Below the pieces are notes generated by a model that was given only the letters and a program-made list of their open reading frames with translations, did no database searches and had not been told where the DNA came from. The translations under genes were made by a program, and so were the position numbers. From Haliotis cracherodii (taxonomy: Eukaryota), in the NCBI RefSeq assembly GCF_022045235.1, contig NW_027266264.1, positions 15,004,001 through 15,068,000 on the forward strand: 64,000 nt of DNA, in the 5' to 3' direction. This document shows, in pieces, positions 11,837 to 22,981 of this stretch (within the stretch, counting starts at the first letter, position 1; each line of letters starts with the position of its first letter).

Positions 11837-14800
11837 ATGCAGTCTGTGGTTATCAAAGTGTTTTATGAGCGCGAGGGGAGAGGAAGACCCGTGGTCCGGC
11901 GTTTCCCTGGCCCTAAGGACGCCGCCCCTACATACACCTTCGTCCATGACAAGGTGACCCAGGTGTTCAAACACCTCGAGGCGGGGACATTCAACATGTA
12001 CTGGAAAGGTGAGTTTTTCTGTTTATTTGAATGTATTTATGTTTATGTTGTTCATAATAACAACATCTATCATTAAAGCGGACAGTATAGAGTTACTGAC
12101 CAACCCCTTGATTGATTCAGGGTAAGAATATAACCATAGGCAGCGTATGCTGGTCGTAAGAGGCAACTGAATGAATCGGGTGGTCGGGATCGATGACTTT
12201 ACTGATTGATTGTTATCATACCCCGACGGCGTAGAGCATTGCTCACAATAATGATCACTGGTTGTCTGGTCCAAACCCGGTTATGTACAGGCCGCCGCCA
12301 TAGCTGGAGTATTGCTGAGTGCGGCGTTAGATATCAAACAGTCACTGAACATGAATGTATTTATGAAGTATATCAGGGTTGGTTTCACTGTATTTCATTG
12401 AGTCTACACTGAACCATAATGCTTTGGGACGACTCATTGCGTTGGAAAACAACATTCACTCACATATTCAGTATAATGTTCAAAGCGATTGTTATTCCGG
12501 TATCCTAATGATAACTTTAAATGGTTCTTTGCGTGTCATGTACCCCTACGGAGTGGGGTGTTCATAATATCAATCACTTGTTAGTCTGATTTTTCACCGA
12601 CACCTTCATGTATCGGCAATATTGTTTCTACTGCGCCGTTAAACATTACTCACACACCCTCTGTTTCTTTCAAATAGACTTAAAGTCATGATTGATACAA
12701 AATAGTTCAAACATTCTCTCATAGTGTATATATTTTAAAAAAACATTTAATCGATATTTCATCAATAATTAGCATAACGAAAATGGGTTTGAAAATATGT
12801 GCGTAAATTATTCTGCCCAGGATTATCTCTTCAATGACGTAGATATACATGTTGGACGTATACGACAAAGCCCCGTTCATCTGCACGGTTCCATTCCTCG
12901 TGTTTTCGCCATTGTCGGATTAACAAGTCCATGAAGTTACCTTCTTTGAATATGTGTACTCATTCTAATCCCAAATCTTCCGGAATGCGTGTTTTCCAGA
13001 CTAACGGGGTTTAACTGTATAAAGCGTCAGACAATGTCTCAGTAAATATCATATCTGGGTAGTCAGTCGACCGTTTTATTTTAATTCTATTTTTAACCAT
13101 CTCACTTGTCTTTCGAGTTTGCGACAGTTGTCGCAGCATGTATGTGTAGTTTCTGTTCCTTATTCATGCTCAGAGTTCAAGTTCATTATAACAAGTAAGC
13201 TAACGTAAGCGAGCTATTGTTTCAGATGGTGAAGACGACTTTGTGACGTGCTCCACGGAACAGGAGATGGATGAGGCCCTCTGTTCCATCAAGGATTCCG
13301 TCCTCAGAATCTACATCCGAGGTACAAACGAACATTTTTCTGTTCAATATAAATATAATACACAGTCGTAATTTACTGCTGATGGCAATCGCAACCTGGG
13401 ATACATTCAACTGACCTTAATGTATTGATATTTAGGATCAACACATTTAACAGACTCGCTTGGACAAAGCGTATAAATGAATAACGTTTGTGTATGTAGA
13501 GATTGTATGGGGGCTTCAGCATCTCTTTATTCAGTACTACATGCCCCAGCTTTAACGTTGACTTTAACGGGGTTTTTTACTTTGATACTGTTGCCGAATG
13601 TGGTGATTGTGCTATTGTTGTTGTTAATGATGATAATGATCATGATGGGCATTAGTAATCCTTTGCAGAATGAGTCAGATGTATATTTTAAGATTCAAGT
13701 ACTTCCATGTCAAACTAATCTTTCGATGAATGATCTTTTTGCCAGATGTCTCTCCTGCCGTATCCGAGGAGGATGAATGGGACTTTGACCCCAGGATGCA
13801 GGGGTGGGGCCGAGGGTGGGGCAGGATGGGTGGCATGCGAAGTGCAGGCAGAATGGTGAGTTGCTATTAATCATGACTAATCCTTATTAATCATGACTAA
13901 TTATAAACATAAATCGAATGCCTCTCGAATAAACCCCTCGAAGTATCATTTTGACCGAAGACACCGCACCATCTTCTCTTGTACCTTTATTTATTCAACA
14001 TGCTCCCTTCCCACGGTATTTGATCAATTTACACACAATGTTGCAGCCAATGGAAGGAATGGCCCCTCCTCACTTTCTCCGATGGATGAAGCGCATGAAA
14101 CGCTGGAAGAAGAAGAATCAGTACCATGAGTCAAGGACTGAAGGGGAGGCCACTCCCGGTGAAGAGTCCGACAACACAGCAGATGGTGGCGCCCAAGCGG
14201 AAACTAGGAACGATGCACCTGAGGTCACAGAGGGCACATCCGATAGTAATGGTAGGTATCCTATCACACTCTCACTTACAACAACATACAATCACTAATG
14301 TCCACTTTACACAAACAAGTTGATCCATGTGTGTCTGTGGTCCGTCTCCTACAGTTGGAGGGACAAGGTAGACCGAGTGTGAAGTGATTGAGTGTGGGTT
14401 TTTTGCCACTTTGGTAAAGACAGTTATGTCACTACACCATAGCAAGAGACACCAACATGGGTGTTGTTCATTTTGCCCATTTAGTACCCAGTTCTTTGAC
14501 ACGGCGAGCAGTTGCTTTAACCAGTAGGCTATCCCACTGCCTCTTCCCTGTTTGTATATAACAGAGGTTGGCGAGATGATCGTGCACGTGTCCCCTGCAT
14601 GGGTCTTAGTACCATTGTCCGACGTCCGTTCACAGTAATGTTGACGGTCAGACAAATTAGTTCATCAGTGCTACATGGCTGTGGTCCAGTGAGCCATGTC
14701 TTCAGAATAATCGTTTCATTTAGTACTGACTTAAGGTTTTGTGTTACTCCCAATGGGTAGCGGCGGAGTAGGCTTGTGGGTTCAGGTACAGCATTCGCCC

Positions 14801-15550
14801 GTCAAACCCAAGTTCCCTGATTTCGTTCCCAACATGGGTCAAATGCCCAAAGCCCATTTCTGGTGTCACCCTCGTGATATTGCGTAAACCCATATACATG
14901 ATGGTTGTGTCTTCTACCTTGGCCTGTATTGTTTGACCGTGTTCTTGTACTTGTATTTGACAGATACAGAAATGAAGACAGATGGCCAAAGAGGAGCGAG
15001 AAAGTGTGGCAGAGGAAAGAAGGGAAGCCTAAAATGTCACAATCACGATCAACACCATGTTGAAGACCCCCAGACCAAAGAGGATGGTATCTTCGGATCC
15101 TCGGATGAGGAAATGCCTCCGCCAGTTCTCGGCTGCCCTGGTATGTTTGCAGGTGGCCCAATGCAGTTCTGGGGCATGATGGGAACGCATCCTTATGCGT
15201 GGGGTGAAGGCTGTAGGAAAAGAAGAGGATGGGGGAGGCGTGGTGGTCGTGGTGGTCGTGGAGGTTGCAAGAGGAGAGGGGAACACTTCAGTGAGATGTC
15301 ACCTTGGAACGACATGGGTTTTGCAGGATGGGAAGATGGACGAGGTGACCCTAGAGAGGGCGGCAGAGGTCGATTCGGGGGTCACCCTCGATGTGAAGGT
15401 CATGGTCAGGCACAGTGCCCTCGCAGACGTTGCCGCCGTCACAATGAGGCTGATGAGCCAATGGAAGCCTGCACAGAAGAAATGCGCAACGTCAAGGCCA
15501 CGGATGACATCATCACGCTTGATGATGAGGACGAGGCGCCCAAGATGTAG
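11837..15550 (+). CDS. PB1-domain (SQSTM1/p62-like N-terminus) protein with RGG-rich disordered region and C-terminal SIM-like motif, ~389 aa (gene B); coding exons 11837-12008, 13226-13321, 13746-13855, 14047-14251, 14964-15550
   Basis: Exon 1 MQSVVIKVFY...VVRRF...FNMYWK (172 nt) and exon 2 DGEDDFVTCSTEQEMDEALCSIKDSVLRIYIR (96 nt). Exon 1 and 2 sizes and all intron phases (1,1,0,1) equal gene A. 1170-nt open frame; AATAAA at 15948. Confidence 0.87.
12115..12340 (+). mobile_element. SINE (family A) in intron 1 of gene B
   Basis: GTCGTAAGAGGC.ACT...ATCGGGTGGTC...TGTCTGGTCCA...CCGCCATAGCTGGAGTATTGCTGAGTGCGGCGTTA, the reverse complement of the 24830 copy. Confidence 0.75.
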
Positions 15551-16019
15551 ACAGCTGATGCTTGAAAGAGACGGACATGTGCAGCATATTATTTGGTTGC
15601 AATTTGAATATCTAAGATCCTGTCATGAAGAACTACATTTATAATTCCTTGAATCAGACACGGACTACGAAAAGTCCATAGTTCAACATATTTTGTACAG
15701 GACATAGCTTATATTAAAATATTGATTCTGATGAATTTATCAGTGAGGCATAACAAAGTATTCTCATTATGTGTTGCTTGAACGTAAATGTACATATGAC
15801 CTCGATGTTGTCGCTATGGCAACAGTGCTGCAATATACTTTTTGTAAATACAATATTCATGGTTCCATTCAGTATTGTGTCATATATGTGCTTTTGCTGA
15901 TACTGTTATTTTGTTTATTATTTGAATTATTATTTTTCCAAGAGCTGAATAAAATGTGTTTATTTTAAAACATATACAATTCTTTTTACTTGTTCACCAC
16001 ACACATGGGGGGTTCATGC

Positions 16020-16180
16020 TGTGAGTGAGTTGTGTTTAACGCCGCTTTTAACAGTATTCCAGTTATATTGCGGCGTGTCAGCTTAATGTGAGAGGAAAGC
16101 CCGAAGTGATGCAGGTCTCAGACGTTTATCACTTCGGTAAAACCCACGAGCACGGGTATGGTGCTGACAAACCTAGAAAC
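16020..16180 (-). mobile_element. 5'-truncated SINE (family C)
   Basis: Near-identical to the tail half of the full copy at 22701-22981. Confidence 0.8.
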
Positions 16181-19100
16181 ATCATGTTGTAACAGTCCAC
16201 GTTAAAATGGACTGATGGTGGTGGATTGTCTGACGTCATAGAAACATATCAAACTTATGTCCTTAGTAAATGCAGAGTTACGCAACAGATCACATTCTAA
16301 TGTGCCCTAAAGCTCATACACAGGAATCACATAAAAATGAATATAAATTTTGAAAACCAGGGCATTATATCTTAAACAGGGCATATCATACATACCTCAT
16401 GGACGCACACAGTCTACATTATTGACATGACATGCAAGTCGAGCATATGAGTGGGTGAGTAAAAGCGTTTGGTTTATCAAAACTTAAACAATATCCCACA
16501 TCACAGCTGGGAACACAATAGGGCATCGATGTTATCGCGGATCCGAGCCCAGGTTCGCCTGATTATACACGATAATGTATGTATTGACAGAATGCTGTCT
16601 GTAACAGGAAGGTTATGACATAAACTGGAATAAACGTGTCTACAACTAACGCGTCATCAGTGCTGCAAGGTTTCGTATACACTGCACGGTTCCCTGTCAC
16701 CTGTGAATACAGGCTGTTGATTTGCAGGGTAGTCACTCAATTTAACCATATATCAAGCCCGGTTAAACCGAGAAGGAAAGTTAGCGAGGGAAAGATAAAC
16801 CACAATTCAGAGTTTCGAGTTAGTTATTGTCTTTCTTACCTTTAATATAATATGTTGATTTGCGGTGTAGTCATTCATTTTAAACACGTATCAGGGCACA
16901 GTCTGGTTCATGCTAGAAGGAAAGTTAGCGCCAGGAAGATGAACCACAATTCTGAGTTCTTATCTTTAATCAAATATTCTGTACACGTCTTTAGATCTCA
17001 CCTCAAACCACCCATATTTCTAGCGGCTGTGACCCAAAATGTATCTTTAATCAACAGTAAACAAGCGACCTTTTCACGACAAATCGAACTGCGTAAAATA
17101 AATCGTCAATGCCATTCAAACTTAGTATATTGTAAGATTTACACTTATTCAAAAACAACATGCAAAACGTAATAAACGTGTTGTTGCATTTAATTAATCA
17201 AATTTATCAAATTAACAATCTTGTCAGTCAACAAAGTCGAGTGCGAGAATGTCATTTGAAGTGGGTCACACGTGTTAACGTACGGCGGCTCAGTAGGTTT
17301 TCAAACATTAGCATTAACATTGCAAGACATGCACACCTTTATTGGGTGCATATATATTGATCAAGTTGCAGTTAATTATTCGGAATCAGAATCCAGAATT
17401 ATGCGACGTCTCTTCGCACGTTTAACTTTGGTTGTCAGCGGAAGTGGCGTTGTTGATGGGAATGTTGATTGTACTACCGTACACTGGACCAGCAAAACAT
17501 CGCCTGCATCAGAGTTTACATCATCAGAGTGCGAGAATGGGGATGAAGTGACAGACATGTCAGCTGACTTGAGGATTGTGTTACATGAATTTGTTTTTGA
17601 CAGTATGATCTTACAAGTCACATCAGTGCTTTACAAAATATTTCTTGCTGGAAAGTTTAAGTCCAGATAAAATTGCGCTGGCGCTACACTGACCCAGGCA
17701 ATGACTGCACAATGGGGGCTCACGACCTGTATTTACTACAGAAAAACGCTAGAACGGTTTTTTAATATTTTTTTTCTTCGCATTTTCATTACTGCTGTTG
17801 CAATGTATACGTCACGGGGATATCGTCCATTGTGACTTTAAGTGAAGGGAAACATTATTTAAGCTGTTTCTCGAAAGTGGTCGTCACATCGGTGACATGT
17901 AAACAATGACACACACCCCATTTTCAACAGTGATATGGGGGTTAATAGTTCGTGTCAGCTCACTGTTGTCACGAAATCGTACACATAATACATGGAATTA
18001 AACGACCACGTCAATGAAATACCGTTGGCATCTTTATTTTAGCAAATTTGATGACACAAATGTCGACGATTATGCCCCTTTTTCGTCCATTGTAAAATGG
18101 TGGTTTAGCGGAGTTATTGAACGCCCAGTATAGATAACTATAAAACAAACATTTTTGATCCGTAATAATGATATTTAATGATAGAGTCTGTCATTGGTTC
18201 TGATATTTGGCCTCTGGATTTTATTTACATGAAAAGCCGTGTATTTGGCATTTTTTTTGTTATTACACAATGAAATAAATCATAAATAGATCTAATAATT
18301 ATGGAAAAATAATTGATTGATTTCAATCTAGTGTTTCCTAACTATGTGTGTGCTTGTAAAAATTTCAGGACTAAATGGCATGATAATAAAGGATATGTTC
18401 CTACTTTTTAAATAATTTGGTACAGTGGCATACACATCCATGTGTATTCTATATGATGCAATATAACCACTGGGGAATCCATGTACAGAACAGGATAAAG
18501 AAGTGTGCATACCATTGTTATTGAACAATAGTTAATATGATTATAATCATCATGTTAGATGAAATATCGGTGTACGAAATAATCTACAAATAAATTTCTC
18601 AATAAAAAAATAAGTTACATTAGTGTTCAGGCTAGGGGAAAAATAACATGATCATGATGGTAATACATAAAATTAAAAGTGCACAGAAAGCGTAATATTT
18701 CTGGATGAAAGCTGGGGACACATGTGTACTTTCGACTATTTATTTGTGAACTGTTGAATTAAGGGTCATGATTACCAACGGAACGTGTCTTGATTATGCG
18801 TTCTACATATTTTGTGGCTTAAAGCCAGTATCAAAGCATATACTGAAATCATTTAGAGCATGATAATATGTAATATGATGTCATCATAATTATATTCAGC
18901 CAGTGGGTCAAATAATGCATTTCAATCTGTTTGCTTCACACTCTTATGCTTTAACAGTTCTGCTTCCAACACACAATCAGTGATTTTCCTTTGAATTCAA
19001 GAGAATTTGTACTGAACCCGTTGACCAATTTTGCTTCCTAATTAACGTACTAACAAGTTCCAAAACTGATTATAATAATTTTCGATTTTGATTTTATTCA

Positions 19101-19619
19101 GGACATCATGTTCATCAGCTTAGCATGTTTTTAGATGGTTCAGTTGGTAGTGAAAAACACAAGATGGAATTTTCTCAGATGTCTGATTGTTGAAACCCCT
19201 TTGGAGTTGAGTCAATGAGTCAATAGATACATTTTAAATTACAATTATCTTTAATTTGCTTGAAGGTTATGGTTGTTTGTTACTTGCATGTGTGGTCCAT
19301 AGAATGCGTTATTTGAATTTTGATAATAAATAATATGCATCATAATAACTCGGTGACCACAACACACACACACTTTGTTATCTCATCTGTAAGTGACACA
19401 AGGAAGGAAATAAATGAAATAGGTAGTTCCAACGAGTTACACAACTCGTCCTGACTATGGTTCCAGGTTTGTCAGCACGAGTTGGAAAACTTCTAAGACC
19501 TGCAACACTGCTTGAATGTAATGACTGTAACCAATGTTAGGACACTGTGAACTATCTTTTACGACAAACCAAGCATTTTTATACTGTGGACACGTGTGTT
19601 TTATTTACTATTTCAAGTG

Positions 19620-20500
19620 TCCATTAAATCAAGCATCAGTTGAATTTTCAGATTGTGATAGTCAAGGAAATGACTTTGTTGATAACTACAAATGTGATGC
19701 ACGTGATTATTACCTACTAAATACAGACATGGTGGATACAACTAAGGAAGAGATTACCAAAGAAATTGAATATCTAAAGAATGGGAAAGCAGGGGAAGAT
19801 GGCATCCCTGCAGAGTTCCTGAAAGTGGTCATTTCTTAATTGCTCCATATCTAAAACTTCTACAATTTAAAAGCTCCTGAGTTAGTGAGTGAGTATGGTT
19901 TTACGCCGCTTTTAGCAATATTCCAGCAATATCACGGCGGGAGACACCACAAATGGGTTTCACACTAAAAGCTCCTGAAAAGATCCTGGATCATAGAGTT
20001 TTCTCTGAAGAAAGGGGTATCGGCATGATCTTACCTTTGCATATATCAGGTAGTAAAGCTGATCCTAATGACTGCCGTCGAATATCCCTACTAACCCTTG
20101 TAAATTTGTTTTCTACTATTATTGAAAGAAGGCTGCATCAGAATCACAAGCTGGTTTCCGAGAACATAATTCTACAACAGACAACGTGTTCACTTTACAC
20201 GCATTAAGCAGTAAATGTCTGTGCAGACCAAAAGGGCGTTTCTCTTGTGCTTAAATCTATTTTTTTTAAAAGTATTTAACCTTGTTCGAAGAAAAAGACT
20301 TTTATATTCATTGTTACGGAAAGGATTCTAAAGTAACACATTATGTTCGAAAACATGCACGGCGCCGTTAAATATTGTTTGAAAATTAATAGTCAGAAAG
20401 CCCTATCGCTTGGGGCTGGAGTTCGTCAAGGATGCATCTTCAGTCTGCAACTATTTATTGTTATAAATGCATTGGTAACAGAAATGTATACATGTTGCAG
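19620..20500 (+). mobile_element. Degenerate L2/CR1-like LINE RT fragment, interrupted by a truncated family-B SINE (19881-19965, TSD TAAAAGCTCCTGA)
   Basis: EITKEIEYLKNGKAGEDGIPAEFLK, LPLHISGSKADPNDCRRISLL and GVRQGCIFS motifs with stops and frameshifts. Confidence 0.8.
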
Positions 20501-21506
20501 TCATGTCATATAATAACCTTTTTATCATATATCATAAAATGTATCCGTTTATAAAACATCAATAAATTCAGTGTTTATCCGTGCAACAGTTCCGAGTATC
20601 ACAAGTCGCCGACCGATACCAAAAGCTTCATCTTGCCGTCCGTTTTCGTGACGTGTTCTTGTTTTCATTTTGTACACAAAACCTTCCGTGTCCGTTTCGC
20701 CTTTACACCTGTCCCCAGTTTTGTCCAAGATAACATCTAGCTCTATAATTCAAATTGCATAATGCATTTTTACCTTGTTTGGAAAAAATTGTCAAGGGAA
20801 AGCTTGCTAGCAGACGAGCAGATGACGTACTAAGGGACGTAACTCCAATTTCTTACCATCCGGACTGATATCAATCGCCCATTCAAAATGCATCGACAAA
20901 CCATATCAGCCGTCAGGGGGTGTAACATGGGTCTGGTTCTTACACCACCTGTAATATAACTGTCTCTATGTCGGCTCTATTGCACATGCAAAATGGCTAA
21001 TATCATTGTTAGGTATTTGATTAAATACACTAAATGAACAAAATGATCGTCTGTATTTTCATCATATTGGGGGATTAAGGTCATTTGATGATGCCTATTG
21101 CTCGTGAGATGTCCTGTAAAATTTTGAGCAGCCACTTCACCGCTATTTCCCTCAAAGCTCCCAGTCTGAAAACATTACTCCGGTGAACAACTGACTTGCC
21201 TTGGCATGTGTTTGTGACTTGTTCCACTGGTGGGGCGGGACACTCTCACCTTTTCGCGAACACCTGGTATCATCAGTATTTGATTGTGATTCATAAACAC
21301 ATGGAATAGTCGAATCGTACAATCGACTCTGCTTTCAGCACAGATGTATTATGAATATGGTTTTGTCGCTTTTATTTCCATACCTTGACCTTAATCAAGA
21401 CAACTTCCCATTCAACAAACATTCAAGTTTCAGCATTGTACAAGCAAAAAGTGCAACAGGTGTAGCTGACAATGAATGATGCAAGCAGGTTTCACAATAA
21501 CGTCAA

Positions 21507-21684
21507 GGGGCGGTCGGGTAGCCTAGTGGTTAAAGCGTTAGCTCGTCACGCCGAAGACTCGCGTTCGATTCCCGATTGGGTACAATGTGTGAAGCCCATT
21601 TCTGGTGTCCCCCGCCGTGATATTGCTGGAATATTGATAAAAGCGGCGTAAAACCTAACTCACTCACTCACTCACTCACTCACT
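21507..21684 (+). mobile_element. Full-length tRNA-derived SINE (family B) with target-site duplication
   Basis: A box TAGCCTAGTGG, B box GTTCGATTCC, (ACTC)n tail, flanked by CACAATAACGTCAA. The paralogous site at ~41483 is empty. Confidence 0.92.
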
Positions 21685-22700
21685 CACAATAACGTCAAAG
21701 TAGTATTTGTTTAGAAAAATGTAAATATATAGTTACATGCTTGTAGAAAAATTCATGCATATGGAGCAATGACAAAACCAACGATTTCAAAAACCTGAAA
21801 GATGACATTGATTTTTCACTAATCTTATGCCAAACCTTTTTAAACAAGGGTCCCGCCCTAGAGAAAGTATATACGAAGTTCCATGGCATACATACATGTA
21901 ACATTATACAGGTATGACATCCATGAATAAAAATCATCATTGCACCACATCATTTCAGGTATTGGGATCTCGAAATATGTGTTGTATTCTAATTGAAGCC
22001 GTCAATAGAGAGTCGGTGTTTGCTTCGGGCCAAATCGTAGATTAAACAACTGCCGTCAGTAATATATATATATTAGAATGCACTCTGCACTTGAACACAG
22101 GAGATGAAATTCAAAATTAACGGATCGTTTTCAGTCTCAACAAAATCAGTAACTGTGATATCGTGTCACTGGAGTTTCTTTTCCATCATTTGATTGTCTG
22201 GTTGTTGTCACCAGGTCGTAAAACTACTCTTGTCACATGTCTAGTGACCGCTTCGCTCCCCCGGTTTAATACCGTCATCGTTCGGCAAAGTCTGGCTGTC
22301 ATTGTTGTGCAGTGTCATCTCATTCCTTAGAGAATGTGACCCGAGTATTTCATTCTCTTGTGATTCAATGGCACACTTTTAACATGTATTGACTTGAACG
22401 TCATCTCATTTATGTTTGCGGTATACAAATGCGAAACTGTTGAACAACGTCGTGATAAGGTAAAAAAGAAGAAGACATACGATGTTATGTAAACGGTCCT
22501 TAAATGTTATCGACTGTCACATTAAGCAAATGAATTGACAGTAAACATACGAAATAACCAGTGAAATGAACGCATGTAAATTTCCAGTGAGGGTACTTTA
22601 CAATTATACTTAACTGTCGCGTTGTTATTGTTCCGTTCAATTAATAGATCAATTGGGGGCTGGCAACCGAGAAACGTGAGAGTTCAATAATATGTATTTG

Positions 22701-22981
22701 AGTGAGTGAGTGAGTTGGGTTTAACACCGCTTTTAACATAATTCCAGTTATATCACGGCGTGTCAGCTTAATGTGGGAGGAAAGCCCGAAGTGATGCAGG
22801 TCTCAGACGTTTACCACTTCGGTGATACCCACGAGCACGGGTATGGTGCTGACAAACCTAGAAACATAATCGGGGCGAACCGGGATTCGAACCCACAATC
22901 ATAGGTTTCTGGCGTGCCCAAGGGACGCAACTCTGCACATCGAATCGCGGCGCCTTAGACGACTGGGCCACCTGTGCCCCC
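22701..22981 (-). mobile_element. Full-length tRNA-derived SINE (family C) with 12-bp TSD
   Basis: Minus-strand head GGGGCACAGGTGGCCCAGTCGTCTAAGGCG...GGTTCGAATCCCGG, (ACTC)n tail, flanked by AATATGTATTTG (22689-22700 and 22982-22993). Confidence 0.9.

Noticed and set aside
6533-15550. Calling either PB1 gene the true SQSTM1 orthologue, or a pseudogene
   Set aside because: No ZZ, canonical LIR or UBA is visible, so no symbol is assigned. Frames, splice sites and promoter motifs are intact, so they are not pseudogenes on sequence evidence.
17376-17621. Minus ORF ending AKRRRIILDSDSE
   Set aside because: Short, with no supported exon structure or domain; may be a transposon remnant but cannot be classified.
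21507-21580. tRNA gene candidates (also 22870-22981 and 48594-48655)
   Set aside because: A and B boxes belong to SINE heads with bodies, simple-repeat tails and TSDs; no complete cloverleaf.
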